Assembly: GCA_021162205.1 (NCBI GenBank)
Contig: JAGGZE010000090.1
Location: 1-45,207, forward strand
DNA from: a bacterium
GTDB taxonomy: Bacteria; UBP14; UBA6098; B30-G16
Direction: 5' to 3'
Length of the DNA stretch: 45,207 nucleotides
Shown: in pieces, positions 17,481 to 27,852 of the stretch
Layout: each line of letters opens with the position of its first letter
Position numbering within the stretch: position 1 is the stretch's first letter
Position numbers and translations under genes: made by a program
The notes under the pieces: generated by a model
What the model was told of the DNA's origin: nothing
Databases searched by the model: none
The model's input: only the letters and a program-made list of their open reading frames with translations

Positions 17481-19421
17481 ATGTTTCGTAAAATTTTAAT
17501 AGCGATGCTTTTCAATATTTTAGTGATTTATGCTCAACCACAGAAGTATTTTATCTATTTCACCGATAAAAGTTCAGCTCGAAAAGCTAACTGGCAAGAG
17601 ATTGCGGCAAGCCATCTTTCGCAAAGAGCATTGGAACGCAGACAACGGCTCGGTATCCCATTAGATTGGTTCGATTTGCCTGTCGATGAAAATTATGTTG
17701 CGCAGGTCGAATCTCTTGGGGCACAGATTGTCCATAGATTGAAATGGTTAAATGCAGTTTCGGTGCGTTGCGAACCCACTGTGCTGAATGAAATTCACTC
17801 GCTGCCTTATGTTGTGTGGACTACAAAAGTTAAAACGATGCGTGGAAAAATTCCGCAGATTATTAAAATAAAAGGAGTCGAACCGGGGGAATCCTTTTAT
17901 GGCTCGGCATATCAGCAGGAAAATATGCTCGGTGTTCCCGCAATGCACGCTGCTGGCTATCGAGGCGAGGGCATTCGCATAGGGATGTTGGATTCAGGTT
18001 TCGATTTGACACAATCCGCATTCGATACGCTTATCGCCGATGGCAGACTTATCGCAAAATTCGATTTCGTCCACAACGATACATCGGTCGGATACGATTC
18101 GCTCGCAGGCGATTGGGATTTGTTCGGTTACCAGCATGGCACAGCGACTTTATCGTGTATTGCGGCATATGTTCCCTATGAAATGGTCGGTGTCGCCCCC
18201 GGTGCTGAAATCGCACTCGCGAAAACCGAAATTGTCGATACGATGGGCGTAGATTTCGAGCGTCGAATCGAGGAAGATAACTGGGCTGCCGGTATCGAAT
18301 GGCTCGATTCTCTCGATGCCGAAATAATTACAAGCTCGCTTGGATATTCAGATTTTCAAGGCGATAGTCAGGATTATAGTTTCGACCAACTAAATGGCGA
18401 TTATGCGATAACGACTGTTGCCGCCGATTTTGCTGCGAGTCGAGGCATAGCGGTTTTCAATTCCGCTGGCAACGAGCGTGGAAGCGGTTGGAACCACATA
18501 ATCGCTCCCGCCGATGGCGATTCGGTCTGCGCAATAGGTGCTGTTAATTTCGATGGCTCTTATGCCTCGTTTTCATCGCCAGGTCCTACCGCAGATGGCA
18601 GAATAAAACCCGACTTAGCCGCTCCCGGTGCTATGGTAACCGTATGGAGTCCCGATGCAGGTGCGCCATCCTACTCGAATGGAACGAGTTTTTCATGCCC
18701 GATTACCGCTGGTTCTGCGGCATTGGCGCTTCAAGCACTACGAGAAACCACCCCATCTATCGGCGGATGGAATTTAATCGAAACTATCAAATCCACCGCA
18801 GACCAGTATGATTCTCCCGATAACGACTATGGTTGGGGAATTCCAAAAATGCCTATCGCCACTGGAATTTTCGATGGTGTCTATGGAATTGTGAAAAACG
18901 CAAGCTCCGATGAATTGATAGTCGATGCTGAAATTGTAATCGGCAATGATACTATTTTAACCGATGCTCGCGGAAGATTTTGTGTCTACATTCCTGTCGC
19001 AGATACGAATATTTCAGTATCGACATCTATGACAGGATATTTTTCTGAGGACACGATTTTTGCACATAGAGAAAGGCAGCAGCATTATTTGAATATTATG
19101 CTAACACCCGTTGTCGGAGAAATTCACGATGTCTTATGCTACCCGAATCCATTTACAGATAGTCTGACAATTTGTTGGAAAAATGACGACCAAAATTTTG
19201 ACAATGCTTATGTTTGCATTTTCTCGGCATCGGGAAAACTTGTTAGGGAAATGCCTGTTGAAAAATTCGATGAATATGGTCATCTCATCTGGGATGGTAA
19301 AAATAACGATGGTAAATCGATTTCCGCAGGAATTTATATCGTCGTTGTTCAAATCGAAAAAGATTCCGAATGCTGTGTAGATGTTAAAACACATAAGATT
19401 AAAATTCTCTGCGTTCGATAG
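17481..19421 (+). CDS. Secreted S8 serine peptidase with FlgD/T9SS-like C-terminal domain
   Basis: LDSG, QHGT, SAGN, GTSFSCP; tail CYPNPF...IWDGKNNDG...AGIYIV; paralogous to 834-2594. Confidence 0.9.
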   Translation: MFRKILIAMLFNILVIYAQPQKYFIYFTDKSSARKANWQEIAASHLSQRALERRQRLGIPLDWFDLPVDENYVAQVESLGAQIVHRLKWLNAVSVRCEPTVLNEIHSLPYVVWTTKVKTMRGKIPQIIKIKGVEPGESFYGSAYQQENMLGVPAMHAAGYRGEGIRIGMLDSGFDLTQSAFDTLIADGRLIAKFDFVHNDTSVGYDSLAGDWDLFGYQHGTATLSCIAAYVPYEMVGVAPGAEIALAKTEIVDTMGVDFERRIEEDNWAAGIEWLDSLDAEIITSSLGYSDFQGDSQDYSFDQLNGDYAITTVAADFAASRGIAVFNSAGNERGSGWNHIIAPADGDSVCAIGAVNFDGSYASFSSPGPTADGRIKPDLAAPGAMVTVWSPDAGAPSYSNGTSFSCPITAGSAALALQALRETTPSIGGWNLIETIKSTADQYDSPDNDYGWGIPKMPIATGIFDGVYGIVKNASSDELIVDAEIVIGNDTILTDARGRFCVYIPVADTNISVSTSMTGYFSEDTIFAHRERQQHYLNIMLTPVVGEIHDVLCYPNPFTDSLTICWKNDDQNFDNAYVCIFSASGKLVREMPVEKFDEYGHLIWDGKNNDGKSISAGIYIVVVQIEKDSECCVDVKTHKIKILCVR

Positions 19422-19431
19422 GAGGTGAAAT

Positions 19432-20145
19432 ATGAGGAATTTGAATCTTGAACGAATTTTAGCATATCCATTTCGTTTGAAAAGCAGGTTTTCACGATTT
19501 TCGATATTATTTTTTCTCACATTCATTCCGATTATCGGCTGGTCTGTTATAATCGGTTATATGCTTAAAATATCCAAAAGCTGGCTCGATGAGGATTTTG
19601 AAAAATATCCTTCGTTTTCGAAAATATTTGGAATGCTTGGCAACGGATTTATTATTATGCTAACACTATCGATATTTTTGATACCTGTATATTTACTATT
19701 GATGATTCCTAATATTGGCATAGTGATAGCGGATGTTTGGATTTTACTATTCATTTTCATTGTTCCATATTCGATTTCACGATATAGTGAAACTGAAAAA
19801 GTATTCGAGCTATTTAATTTTTCTATACTCGTAAAATTCATTCAGGAAAATACTCTTTACCTTGCCGCTGCATTTTTTGTTAATTTAATATCTTTGGTAA
19901 TAGTATCGATAGCACCATTTCTGCTGATTTATGCTGGAAGAATAATTATGCTATTTCCCCAAATCGGTGCGATATGGAAAATTTTCGGTGGACTATCGAT
20001 TGTGCTCGGTGTAATATTCGCAATAATCGGTTTGATATATTGGCTGCATATATTATTTTCGCTATCCGGAAATATATATGCTTTATGGCTTCGCACTCCA
20101 GAAACTGAAAAGAACCGCAGAACAAAAGTATCTCAAATCGCATAA
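19432..20145 (+). CDS. DUF4013-like membrane protein
   Basis: YPF, FIPIIG..IIGYML motifs and several TM helices; GGAGGTG SD. Confidence 0.7.
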   Translation: MRNLNLERILAYPFRLKSRFSRFSILFFLTFIPIIGWSVIIGYMLKISKSWLDEDFEKYPSFSKIFGMLGNGFIIMLTLSIFLIPVYLLLMIPNIGIVIADVWILLFIFIVPYSISRYSETEKVFELFNFSILVKFIQENTLYLAAAFFVNLISLVIVSIAPFLLIYAGRIIMLFPQIGAIWKIFGGLSIVLGVIFAIIGLIYWLHILFSLSGNIYALWLRTPETEKNRRTKVSQIA

Positions 20146-20150
20146 TAGAA

Positions 20151-20624
20151 ATGGAAGCTCTCGATAAAAATATCGGCAAAAAACTCGTGTATGGATTGAA
20201 TGGACTTTGGCTAATCATTTTAGTTCTTATCGTATTAACTCCATATCTTGCGAGTATAAGCAGTCCCTCGACTAAATATCTATATTTGCTTTTCAGACCG
20301 ACATGTCATCAAATGCCGCAAAGGTCGTTTTTTCTATGGGGACATAAAATGGCTGTTTGTGCAAGATGCACTGGAACTTACATCTCACTGCTTTTTTGTG
20401 GAATTATCTTCACATTATTTTTGACTTTCGGTAAGGTGAAATCGATTTCGACAATAGTCTTTTTTATTTTTCTCCTGCCGATTGCAATCGATGGTGGAAC
20501 GCAATTTGTGCATCTTCGCGAAAGCACGAATATTCTGAGATTTGTCACTGGTTTTTTCGGTGGACTGGGAACGATATGGTTCGTATATCCCCGCCTGTGG
20601 AAAATAGATGAAAAAAATTTATAA
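20151..20624 (+). CDS. DUF2085 membrane protein
   Basis: CHQMPQRSF, VCARCTG, IDGGTQ, STNILRFVTG. Confidence 0.88.
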   Translation: MEALDKNIGKKLVYGLNGLWLIILVLIVLTPYLASISSPSTKYLYLLFRPTCHQMPQRSFFLWGHKMAVCARCTGTYISLLFCGIIFTLFLTFGKVKSISTIVFFIFLLPIAIDGGTQFVHLRESTNILRFVTGFFGGLGTIWFVYPRLWKIDEKNL

Positions 20625-20693
20625 TTTAGATAGAATCGAGACATTGGGATTAGATAAATGCCGTGCAAATTTAAAATAGATGACAAAATCTAA

Positions 20694-21182
20694 TTATTCA
20701 CAGGTTTCCACATTCTGCGCTATTACAATGAAAAGGTCATCTCCATCGGGGATTTCCATAATTTCACCGACAGTTCCGTGAGTTAAAGCCCAACACCATT
20801 GCATTTGGTGAGTTTTGTCCTTGCCGAGATATGTTATGCCGACCGACCTTACACCATCGCAGATGTGATTTTCATAATCATACATACTATGAAACGCATC
20901 CCTGCTGGGAGTCGGCCATTTATCGAGATATTCTGGAACGAGATTGAATGGAGCTATATTCGGGTTCACATCTGGAGGATAGCAGCCATAATCGTAATAA
21001 TATTCTTCGAGTGCCTGATAAATTCTTTTCAACCAGATTTTTGCACCTGCATATCTCGCTTTATCAGATGCAGTCCTATACATACTAACCGATAACGCCG
21101 CTAAAATCCCTATTATAACAACGACAATCATCAGTTCTATAAGCGTGAATCCTTTGCGATAATATTTATTTAAATATACCAT
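20694..21182 (-). CDS. Type IV pilin / GspG-like pseudopilin
   Basis: Prepilin cleavage/methylation motif KG|FTLIELMIVVVIIGILAA; ALEEYYYDYGCYP. Confidence 0.88.
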   Translation of the reverse strand: MVYLNKYYRKGFTLIELMIVVVIIGILAALSVSMYRTASDKARYAGAKIWLKRIYQALEEYYYDYGCYPPDVNPNIAPFNLVPEYLDKWPTPSRDAFHSMYDYENHICDGVRSVGITYLGKDKTHQMQWCWALTHGTVGEIMEIPDGDDLFIVIAQNVETCE

Positions 21183-21364
21183 CTCACTTAATATACAGCA
21201 ATTTTTATACCAATTTCAATTGCCTTATACTATTGTGTTTTAGATAATTGTATAATTTTTAAAACTTTTTATTTTGCAAATTGCAAAAGTATTTTTTTAA
21301 AATCTATTTATTGCATTTTTATAGAATAAACTTATTTTTCATATAATCTTATTAAGGAGATGCT

Positions 21365-21445
21365 ATGATAAAAGAAATCGGTGGCAACTCTGAGTCAAAT
21401 TGCTATATTTCGACTATGGTTTTGGTTAAGACTTGGAGTAGATAG
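21365..21445 (+). CDS. Possible 26-aa small ORF or leader peptide (MIKEIGGNSESNCYISTMVLVKTWSR)
   Basis: AAGGAG SD at 21354-21359, ATG at 21365, TAG at 21443-21445. Confidence 0.3.
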   Translation: MIKEIGGNSESNCYISTMVLVKTWSR

Positions 21446-21496
21446 GTTATAAGCTGGATTTTAACTTGGGGTATAGACACTGTGAAGGAGGTTATA

Positions 21497-24400
21497 ATGA
21501 AAATCTTTTTATTCATCTTTTTATTACCTTTATTTTTATTTGCTCAAACAGATTCTATTGTAGTTCTCGATACCGAGAATTTTAGTCTCTGGCTGCCGAC
21601 TGGATGGACAGTTCTCGACCTTGCTGGCGCTGCGCCAGCGAATCATTGGTTTCCACTTACAGTGAGTGGAGATACTGCCGCAGCAATTACATATTCGGGA
21701 GACCGTTCAGATGATTGGCTAATAACTCCTATTTTGACTTTATCGAGTTTATCTGATTCGATTATGCTTTCATATTGGCAGCATTTTTCTCACTGGGCAA
21801 CCGAGGCAGGTTCGAGTTTTGTGATGTTTTCTCACGATAATGGCGCAACCTGGACAGATACACTCGTGATTTATCCCAAAGCTATGCCATCCGACGACCA
21901 GCTTGGAGATACCACGATTCATATCGAGACCGCTGGACCATTTACAGGAAATGAAAAAATCGCATTTTGGTATAACCATCGATATGGCAATTATTGGTAT
22001 ATCGATAATGTTCGCATCGTTCAATATATGTCGGAACCTGTTCCACCCGAGATTACTCACGATTCTTATTATCGTGCGGGAATGCCGTATTATTATGCTG
22101 CATTTCCAGAAACAATCTATATCTACGATATGACAGGATTGGACAGCGCTTATGTCTGTTATGATGTGGATTCGACAGATTCGTTTACTTGCGTAGCGAT
22201 GAATTATACCGGTTCCGACCCCGATAGAGTGGGTTTATGGGCGGGTTCGATTCCGATACAACCCGTTTGGAGTCGAATACGGTATTTTTTCTATGCGAGA
22301 GATTCTTATTTTGCCGACCCGAGTGTGGACAGCACCGATACATTCGAATTCATTGTTCAGGGCGAATATTATGCATTCGATAATACCGATTCCGACCCTG
22401 AAAGACCCGATACGGCATGGGTCGATATCGAGACGATGGGAGCGTATCGGATAGATGACTCGTGGACACTTGCCATCGATGATTCTGCTATCGCTTTACC
22501 GTTCACATTCAGATTTTACGGAATCGATTACGATACGGTGTTCGTGCATATGTCGGGATTTTTAAGATTCGGTGGACTCGGCACAATATTCGACCCTAAA
22601 GATAATCAAAATTTTCCCGACCCTATCGTTACCGGTCCCAATGGTTTAATCGCTGGAATGTGGGCTGAATTTCTTGCAACCGCTACAAATGGCGGCGATG
22701 TCTGGATATATGACAGCGACGACGATACTTTTATCGTTCTATACGATACTGTCGCCTGGATTTATCCCGGCGGTGGAATTCTCGATAATGTGATTACGAT
22801 GGAAATTATTTTAATAAGTCCATCTATTTGTTCCGAACCGGGCAATAATGGCGAAATTATTATAAGATACAAAGAACTTAACGATGACACGGTTTTATAT
22901 CACTGCACAGTCGGTGTCGAGAATGAAACGGGTGAACTTGGAACAACTTATCTTTACGATTATGTCTATTCCAGTGATGCCGCTGGAATCGAAAATGGAA
23001 GGGCAATTAAATTTACATCTACTCCGCCGTTGTATTTTGGGACAGCTTGCGTGGTTCAGGGAACCGCCGATTTGCGTGGAACACCTGCACCGGGGGATTC
23101 GGGGTTATATATCGAACTTATAAATTCCGACCTCACAGTTTATTCACGAACGAATGGATTTTATGAATTTCTTGGAGTTCCACCGGGGCAGTATTTTGTT
23201 CGAGGAAGACTTCCAGGATACAATTACGATGCTTCACCTTTATTCAATATCGCCGAAGGTGAAACAATCTTTTTGGATACATTATTTGTCACTCCAATTA
23301 CCGCTCCCAATAAGTATATCGCCGATTTTGAATTTACCGATGAACCAGGAATAGCAACAGGTGTATGGCAATGTGGTGAATTCGATATAAATTCATTCTC
23401 GTATTCTACAATTCCACCGCTTGCAAATCCTCCATTTTCGGCTCATTCTGGAACTCGTATGTGGGGAACGATGCTGAATTCCGAATATCCAAACGATGCG
23501 AATGGTTTTCTCGTGTTCCCGACGATTCCGACAATGGTGAAATTCTGGCATTACTACGAGACTGAAAATAGTGCCGATGGCGGACAAATATTATATTCCG
23601 AAGATTATGGCAAAACATGGTTATTGGCTCATCCTGTCGATGGCTATGACGATTCGGTTCATACACTGTCCGATTCTGGATTCACAGGTTCATCGGGCGG
23701 ATGGATTCAGGATAGCGTGAATTTGAATTCGACTAATGCAACCGATATCGGTTTTGTTTTCGTCAGTGATAATTCCACGACATATTCGGGATGGTATCTC
23801 GACGATGTATTTGTAGTTAATCTAAATCATTCGTATGGCATCATTCAGGGTTATGTATATAATAGCGCAGATTACGCTGGAATAAGCGATGCCATAATTA
23901 TTGCCGGGGGAACCGAAGGCGAAAGCGATGGCACCGGATTCTATCGATTAAACAATGTTGTAGTTGGGAATTATGACATCGAGGGGGATGCTTCAGGTTT
24001 TATTCCGACTCTCGTGCCTACTATAGTCGGCAAGGGCGATACGGTTATCGAAAATATTCCGCTCACTCGAATCGGTATCGAACCGACGGGGGATGATTAT
24101 CCCGAATGGGATTTTAATTATGGAACAAATGACACTTTGTATCTTACCATCACAAATCCTACCGATGATACAATCGATATTTTTGCCGATTTAATCGACG
24201 ATACAACATCGTTTCCCGAACTCGCAATCATAGATAGCATAGATATAACGGGCGTTTCATCGATATCTACCCCTATGGCTATCGGTTGCAGGGGCAAAAT
24301 TACAGGTTTCGATTACTGGATAACATCGGTGAATTTTGTATCGGGGAATCGTTTTAATGTCCAATTTAATCTCGATGGTATGCGAACAGGTGTTTTGCAT

Positions 24401-26518
24401 TCTACATTGTCATATACGGGATTTACAAATCTACCGGGGGATATGGCTTACGATGGACAATATATGTGGCAGACAGTTCCCGAAGCTCACACGATATATG
24501 CATGGGATGCGAATACTGGTGTGGTAGTCGATTCGATAGTCGCGCCAGTCGGTTCCGGCTGGGACAATCCCGATGTGCTTGTCTGGGGACTCGCATACGA
24601 CCTCGCTGGCGATGTATTTTATCTCGGCGATACTCTCGGAAAAATCTGGAAAGTCGCAGGTAAAAGCTGGACTATACCGGGCGATTCGATATGCAGCTGG
24701 CAGGTTTTTCAGCCATCTGGCGGAAATTATGAAAAAATTTATGGTCTCGCATTCGACCCGCAAAGAAGAACCATTTGGGCTTACGGCTCGGTTTTATACG
24801 GTATTCTCGCCGAACTCGACCCCGATTGCAATAGCTCGAACATCAGAATTATTTCTCAAACCGATATATTCTCAGATTATGAAATACATAGTCTCGACAT
24901 AAGCTATGACCATAAACTGTGGGGAGTATTTTATAATACCGTATCGGGAAGATACCAAATATATGCAATCGGGAATCTTTTAGCGGGAGCATATCCGGTC
25001 GGTGTTGGAATATATCCGCATTCGTTGGAAATCGCAGGTGGTGAATCGGGACAAATAGCGATTTTCACAGGTGCGAGCACACCAGCTGGTATTTATCCCT
25101 GCACATTGAGTATTTCCACGGTGACAGACGATTACAGTTTCAGCGAGCCGCTCGAATATCCATTGAATATAGTCGTATCGAAATCGCTGAATTTCGGATG
25201 GAACTTAATTTCGGTGCCTGTGCAGCCCAATTCGAATGACCCATATACGATGCTTTCCGATGATATAGTCCCATTTTTTAATGAACCCACGCATACAAAT
25301 ATTTATGCTTGGGACCCCGAAAGAGGAATGTATGTTGTGCCGGATACTTTCGCTCGCAATAATGGCTATTTCCTGTTTGCATGGCACAATAATACATATT
25401 TCGATATCCCCGGCGTGCCATATTACGATGCCTACACGATTACGATGCCGTATTACGAGACATCGCTATATCCTGGATGGTATCTTGTCGGCAATCCTGT
25501 AAATTATGCAATCGACTGGAACCAAATCGTGAACGGCTCGGGATTTTCAGGTCTTATGCCGATATATTATACACTAACAGGAGCTGGATGGGGAAGTTAT
25601 AGCCCGGGTTTTCCAGCCGGTGCCAGCAGATTTATTCAACCATACACGGGATTTTTCGTAGTGGTATATCCCGATATGACAGGAGTTCTGCCGATTGGAA
25701 CTAATTCGTTTATACCGGTGATGGCAAAAATGAATGCTATAAATTCCGATTTGCCCGATTTCACATTTAGGTTCGATGTTTTTGCATCGGATGATACAGC
25801 GAAATGGAACTATCTCGGCACACGAGCCGATGCAGACGACGATTTCGGCGATAGATACGATGCCGAAATTCCGCCGAATCCAATCGGTAAAAATAATATC
25901 GTCCATTTCATAAATAATAGCGATAAATTGATGCGCGATGTCCGTCGCACATTGGAAATCGGCGAATCGAAAATATGGACATTCGCTATCGACAATATCA
26001 CCGATGGTGAAACAGTCACTATTCACTGGAATAGCGACCATGAACCCGACGATTTCGATTGCTCGCAGGGACTGAATCAAATCGGTGCTAATTTCGATTT
26101 CGACCTGTTAGATATGCGAACTGGCACACATATAGATATGTGTTCGACCGACCATTATACATTCGCTCACGATGGCAGCAGGACATTTAATATAACGGTT
26201 TCAGCATTCGCATTAGATGCATCTGAGCAAACGAAACCCGACCGATATAGACTTATCAAAAACACTCCAAATCCATTCAATTCCGCCACTGCAATCGGAT
26301 TCGGTATCCCCGATAGATGCGAGGTATCGCTCGATATACTCGATATTTCGGGGCGAGTTGTCCGAAATCTTGCCGCAAACGAGTTCGATTCTGGATGGCA
26401 CAAAATCATCTGGGATGGCACGAATGATTTCGGCGAAAATGTGCCATCGGGTGTCTATTTATACCGATTGCGGGCGGGCGATTTCACCGCTATGAAGAAG
26501 ATGGTTCTACTGAAATAA
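21497..26518 (+). CDS. Giant secreted multidomain surface protein with FlgD/T9SS-like C-terminal domain
   Basis: AAGGAGG SD and signal peptide; adhesin-like DDWLITP; LPFTFRFYG module; carboxypeptidase-regulatory-like domains; GFTGSSGGW...GWYLDDV; GWNLISVP module; tail NTPNPFN...IWDGTND...SGVYLYRL...KKMVLLK. Confidence 0.88.
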   Translation: MKIFLFIFLLPLFLFAQTDSIVVLDTENFSLWLPTGWTVLDLAGAAPANHWFPLTVSGDTAAAITYSGDRSDDWLITPILTLSSLSDSIMLSYWQHFSHWATEAGSSFVMFSHDNGATWTDTLVIYPKAMPSDDQLGDTTIHIETAGPFTGNEKIAFWYNHRYGNYWYIDNVRIVQYMSEPVPPEITHDSYYRAGMPYYYAAFPETIYIYDMTGLDSAYVCYDVDSTDSFTCVAMNYTGSDPDRVGLWAGSIPIQPVWSRIRYFFYARDSYFADPSVDSTDTFEFIVQGEYYAFDNTDSDPERPDTAWVDIETMGAYRIDDSWTLAIDDSAIALPFTFRFYGIDYDTVFVHMSGFLRFGGLGTIFDPKDNQNFPDPIVTGPNGLIAGMWAEFLATATNGGDVWIYDSDDDTFIVLYDTVAWIYPGGGILDNVITMEIILISPSICSEPGNNGEIIIRYKELNDDTVLYHCTVGVENETGELGTTYLYDYVYSSDAAGIENGRAIKFTSTPPLYFGTACVVQGTADLRGTPAPGDSGLYIELINSDLTVYSRTNGFYEFLGVPPGQYFVRGRLPGYNYDASPLFNIAEGETIFLDTLFVTPITAPNKYIADFEFTDEPGIATGVWQCGEFDINSFSYSTIPPLANPPFSAHSGTRMWGTMLNSEYPNDANGFLVFPTIPTMVKFWHYYETENSADGGQILYSEDYGKTWLLAHPVDGYDDSVHTLSDSGFTGSSGGWIQDSVNLNSTNATDIGFVFVSDNSTTYSGWYLDDVFVVNLNHSYGIIQGYVYNSADYAGISDAIIIAGGTEGESDGTGFYRLNNVVVGNYDIEGDASGFIPTLVPTIVGKGDTVIENIPLTRIGIEPTGDDYPEWDFNYGTNDTLYLTITNPTDDTIDIFADLIDDTTSFPELAIIDSIDITGVSSISTPMAIGCRGKITGFDYWITSVNFVSGNRFNVQFNLDGMRTGVLHSTLSYTGFTNLPGDMAYDGQYMWQTVPEAHTIYAWDANTGVVVDSIVAPVGSGWDNPDVLVWGLAYDLAGDVFYLGDTLGKIWKVAGKSWTIPGDSICSWQVFQPSGGNYEKIYGLAFDPQRRTIWAYGSVLYGILAELDPDCNSSNIRIISQTDIFSDYEIHSLDISYDHKLWGVFYNTVSGRYQIYAIGNLLAGAYPVGVGIYPHSLEIAGGESGQIAIFTGASTPAGIYPCTLSISTVTDDYSFSEPLEYPLNIVVSKSLNFGWNLISVPVQPNSNDPYTMLSDDIVPFFNEPTHTNIYAWDPERGMYVVPDTFARNNGYFLFAWHNNTYFDIPGVPYYDAYTITMPYYETSLYPGWYLVGNPVNYAIDWNQIVNGSGFSGLMPIYYTLTGAGWGSYSPGFPAGASRFIQPYTGFFVVVYPDMTGVLPIGTNSFIPVMAKMNAINSDLPDFTFRFDVFASDDTAKWNYLGTRADADDDFGDRYDAEIPPNPIGKNNIVHFINNSDKLMRDVRRTLEIGESKIWTFAIDNITDGETVTIHWNSDHEPDDFDCSQGLNQIGANFDFDLLDMRTGTHIDMCSTDHYTFAHDGSRTFNITVSAFALDASEQTKPDRYRLIKNTPNPFNSATAIGFGIPDRCEVSLDILDISGRVVRNLAANEFDSGWHKIIWDGTNDFGENVPSGVYLYRLRAGDFTAMKKMVLLK

Positions 26519-26684
26519 TGATTTGGCATGGCAAACATTTACTCGAAATTCACATCTACGAAGCCGCAAATCGTTCGTAGGAGGTCGCGGTTCGTGTGTA
26601 GGAAGTCAATAACCATCTCGACTAATCGGGACAAGTTACGCATTTGAGCGGTAATCGCACAAACTTGCACCCGAAAATGAGATG

Positions 26685-26759
26685 TTCTTTCACACTCCAA
26701 AATACGCTCTCAGAATAATGAGAATTTTTCTTGCGAAAAGGTGGACGGGAAGGTAGATT
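26685..26759 (+). repeat. Duplicated promoter-bearing module, copy 1 (upstream of hicB)
   Basis: TTCTTTCACACTCCAAAA..CGCTCTCAGA..AATTTTTCTTGCGAAA shared with 28170-28244; contains TTGCGA-N17-TAGATT. Confidence 0.8.
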
Positions 26760-26791
26760 GAGAGGAAGGAAAATTACAATACGGAGGTAAA

Positions 26792-27010
26792 ATGCAAAAC
26801 CAAACTTATAATAACGAAATTATCTTTCTTGTCGAGGAAGATATCGAAGGTGGCTATAATGCGAAAGCGATGGGCTTCCCTATTTTTACTCAGGCAGAAA
26901 CAATCGATGAACTCAAGGAAATGATAGACGATGCCGTTCGATGCCATTTCAAAACATTACCACAAATGATTCGGCTTCACTTTGTCAGAGATGAGGTTAT
27001 GGCAGTATGA
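26792..27010 (+). CDS. hicB: HicB-family antitoxin (short)
   Basis: EEDIEGGYNA, IFTQAETIDEL, DAVRCHF; GGAGG SD; ATGA overlap with hicA. Confidence 0.85.
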   Translation: MQNQTYNNEIIFLVEEDIEGGYNAKAMGFPIFTQAETIDELKEMIDDAVRCHFKTLPQMIRLHFVRDEVMAV

Positions 27011-27252
27011 AAATTCCCAGAGACTTATCGAGCAGAGAATTAATTATAGTGCTCGAAAAATTCGGTTACTCTGTGATTCATCAAACAGGCAGTCATATCA
27101 AGATTAGAACCGAGCAAGAAGGTGTTCACTCCATTACAATTCCAGCCGAACGAGAATTGAAAGTTGGAACATTGAACTCGATAATTCTCGAAATTGCCCA
27201 TCATTTTCAGATAACAAAATGGGAATTAATCGCTTCGCTTTTCGGAAAATAG
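27007..27252 (+). CDS. hicA: HicA-family mRNA interferase toxin
   Basis: LEKFGY, QTGSHIK (catalytic His), ITIP, LKVGTLNSI. Confidence 0.9.
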   Translation: MKIPRDLSSRELIIVLEKFGYSVIHQTGSHIKIRTEQEGVHSITIPAERELKVGTLNSIILEIAHHFQITKWELIASLFGK

Positions 27253-27483
27253 TTACTAAAGATTAATTATTTCACATCATTTCATCATTCAATCAGTTAT
27301 ATCACTGGTTCAGAAACTGTTTTCTGCGTCTCTTTTCATCGAGGAAATGAATTACCCCCGACTTTATCGAGATATTCGACTCGCTGACCATTGTAAACAA
27401 GGCGGATTTGACAAAAATTCAGTGTGTGGTTTCAACCGTTCGGTTCGTAAATCCAAGTTAATCCGCCATGAAAACATCCGAAT

Positions 27484-27540
27484 AGGCAACAGGGAATCGA
27501 CGAAATCGAGGAAAGTTGCCCTGAAAACACCCGAAGCGTG
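27484..27540 (-). repeat. Dispersed structured repeat copy, inverted
   Basis: Reverse complement reads CACGCTTCGGGTG-TTTTCA-GGGCAAC-TTTCC-TCGATTTCGTCGA-TTCCCT-GTTGCCT. Confidence 0.75.
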
Positions 27541-27582
27541 TCCGCGCCGATTCTGTTTCCCTAAAATTTTCTCAAAAATAAT

Positions 27583-27610
27583 TTGACATCTCATAAATAA
27601 TCCCTATCTT
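27583..27610 (+). promoter_or_regulatory. Promoter of the RelE-type TA operon
   Basis: TTGACA-N16-TATCTT upstream of 27655. Confidence 0.6.
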
Positions 27611-27654
27611 ATTCGATGATATGAAATTCAACTTCATTTCATAAGGATAAAACA

Positions 27655-27852
27655 ATGCAAATCGCAATAGACCAGACAACATTATATACACTCATCAAAA
27701 AAGCCGTGAAAGAAGCCATCGAGGAAGAGGAATACAAACTATTCCTTGCCCACATTCCCGAAGTCTCCGATGAGGAGATGCAAGAAATCGAGCGCATTCA
27801 TGGCAAACCCGGCGAGAAGGATGTCGCACATTCCGTTACGGTGCAAACGTGA
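27655..27852 (+). CDS. Putative antitoxin of a RelE/ParE-type TA pair
   Basis: 65-aa acidic protein (PEVSDEEMQEIE); GTGA overlap with the downstream RelE-like toxin. Confidence 0.75.
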   Translation: MQIAIDQTTLYTLIKKAVKEAIEEEEYKLFLAHIPEVSDEEMQEIERIHGKPGEKDVAHSVTVQT

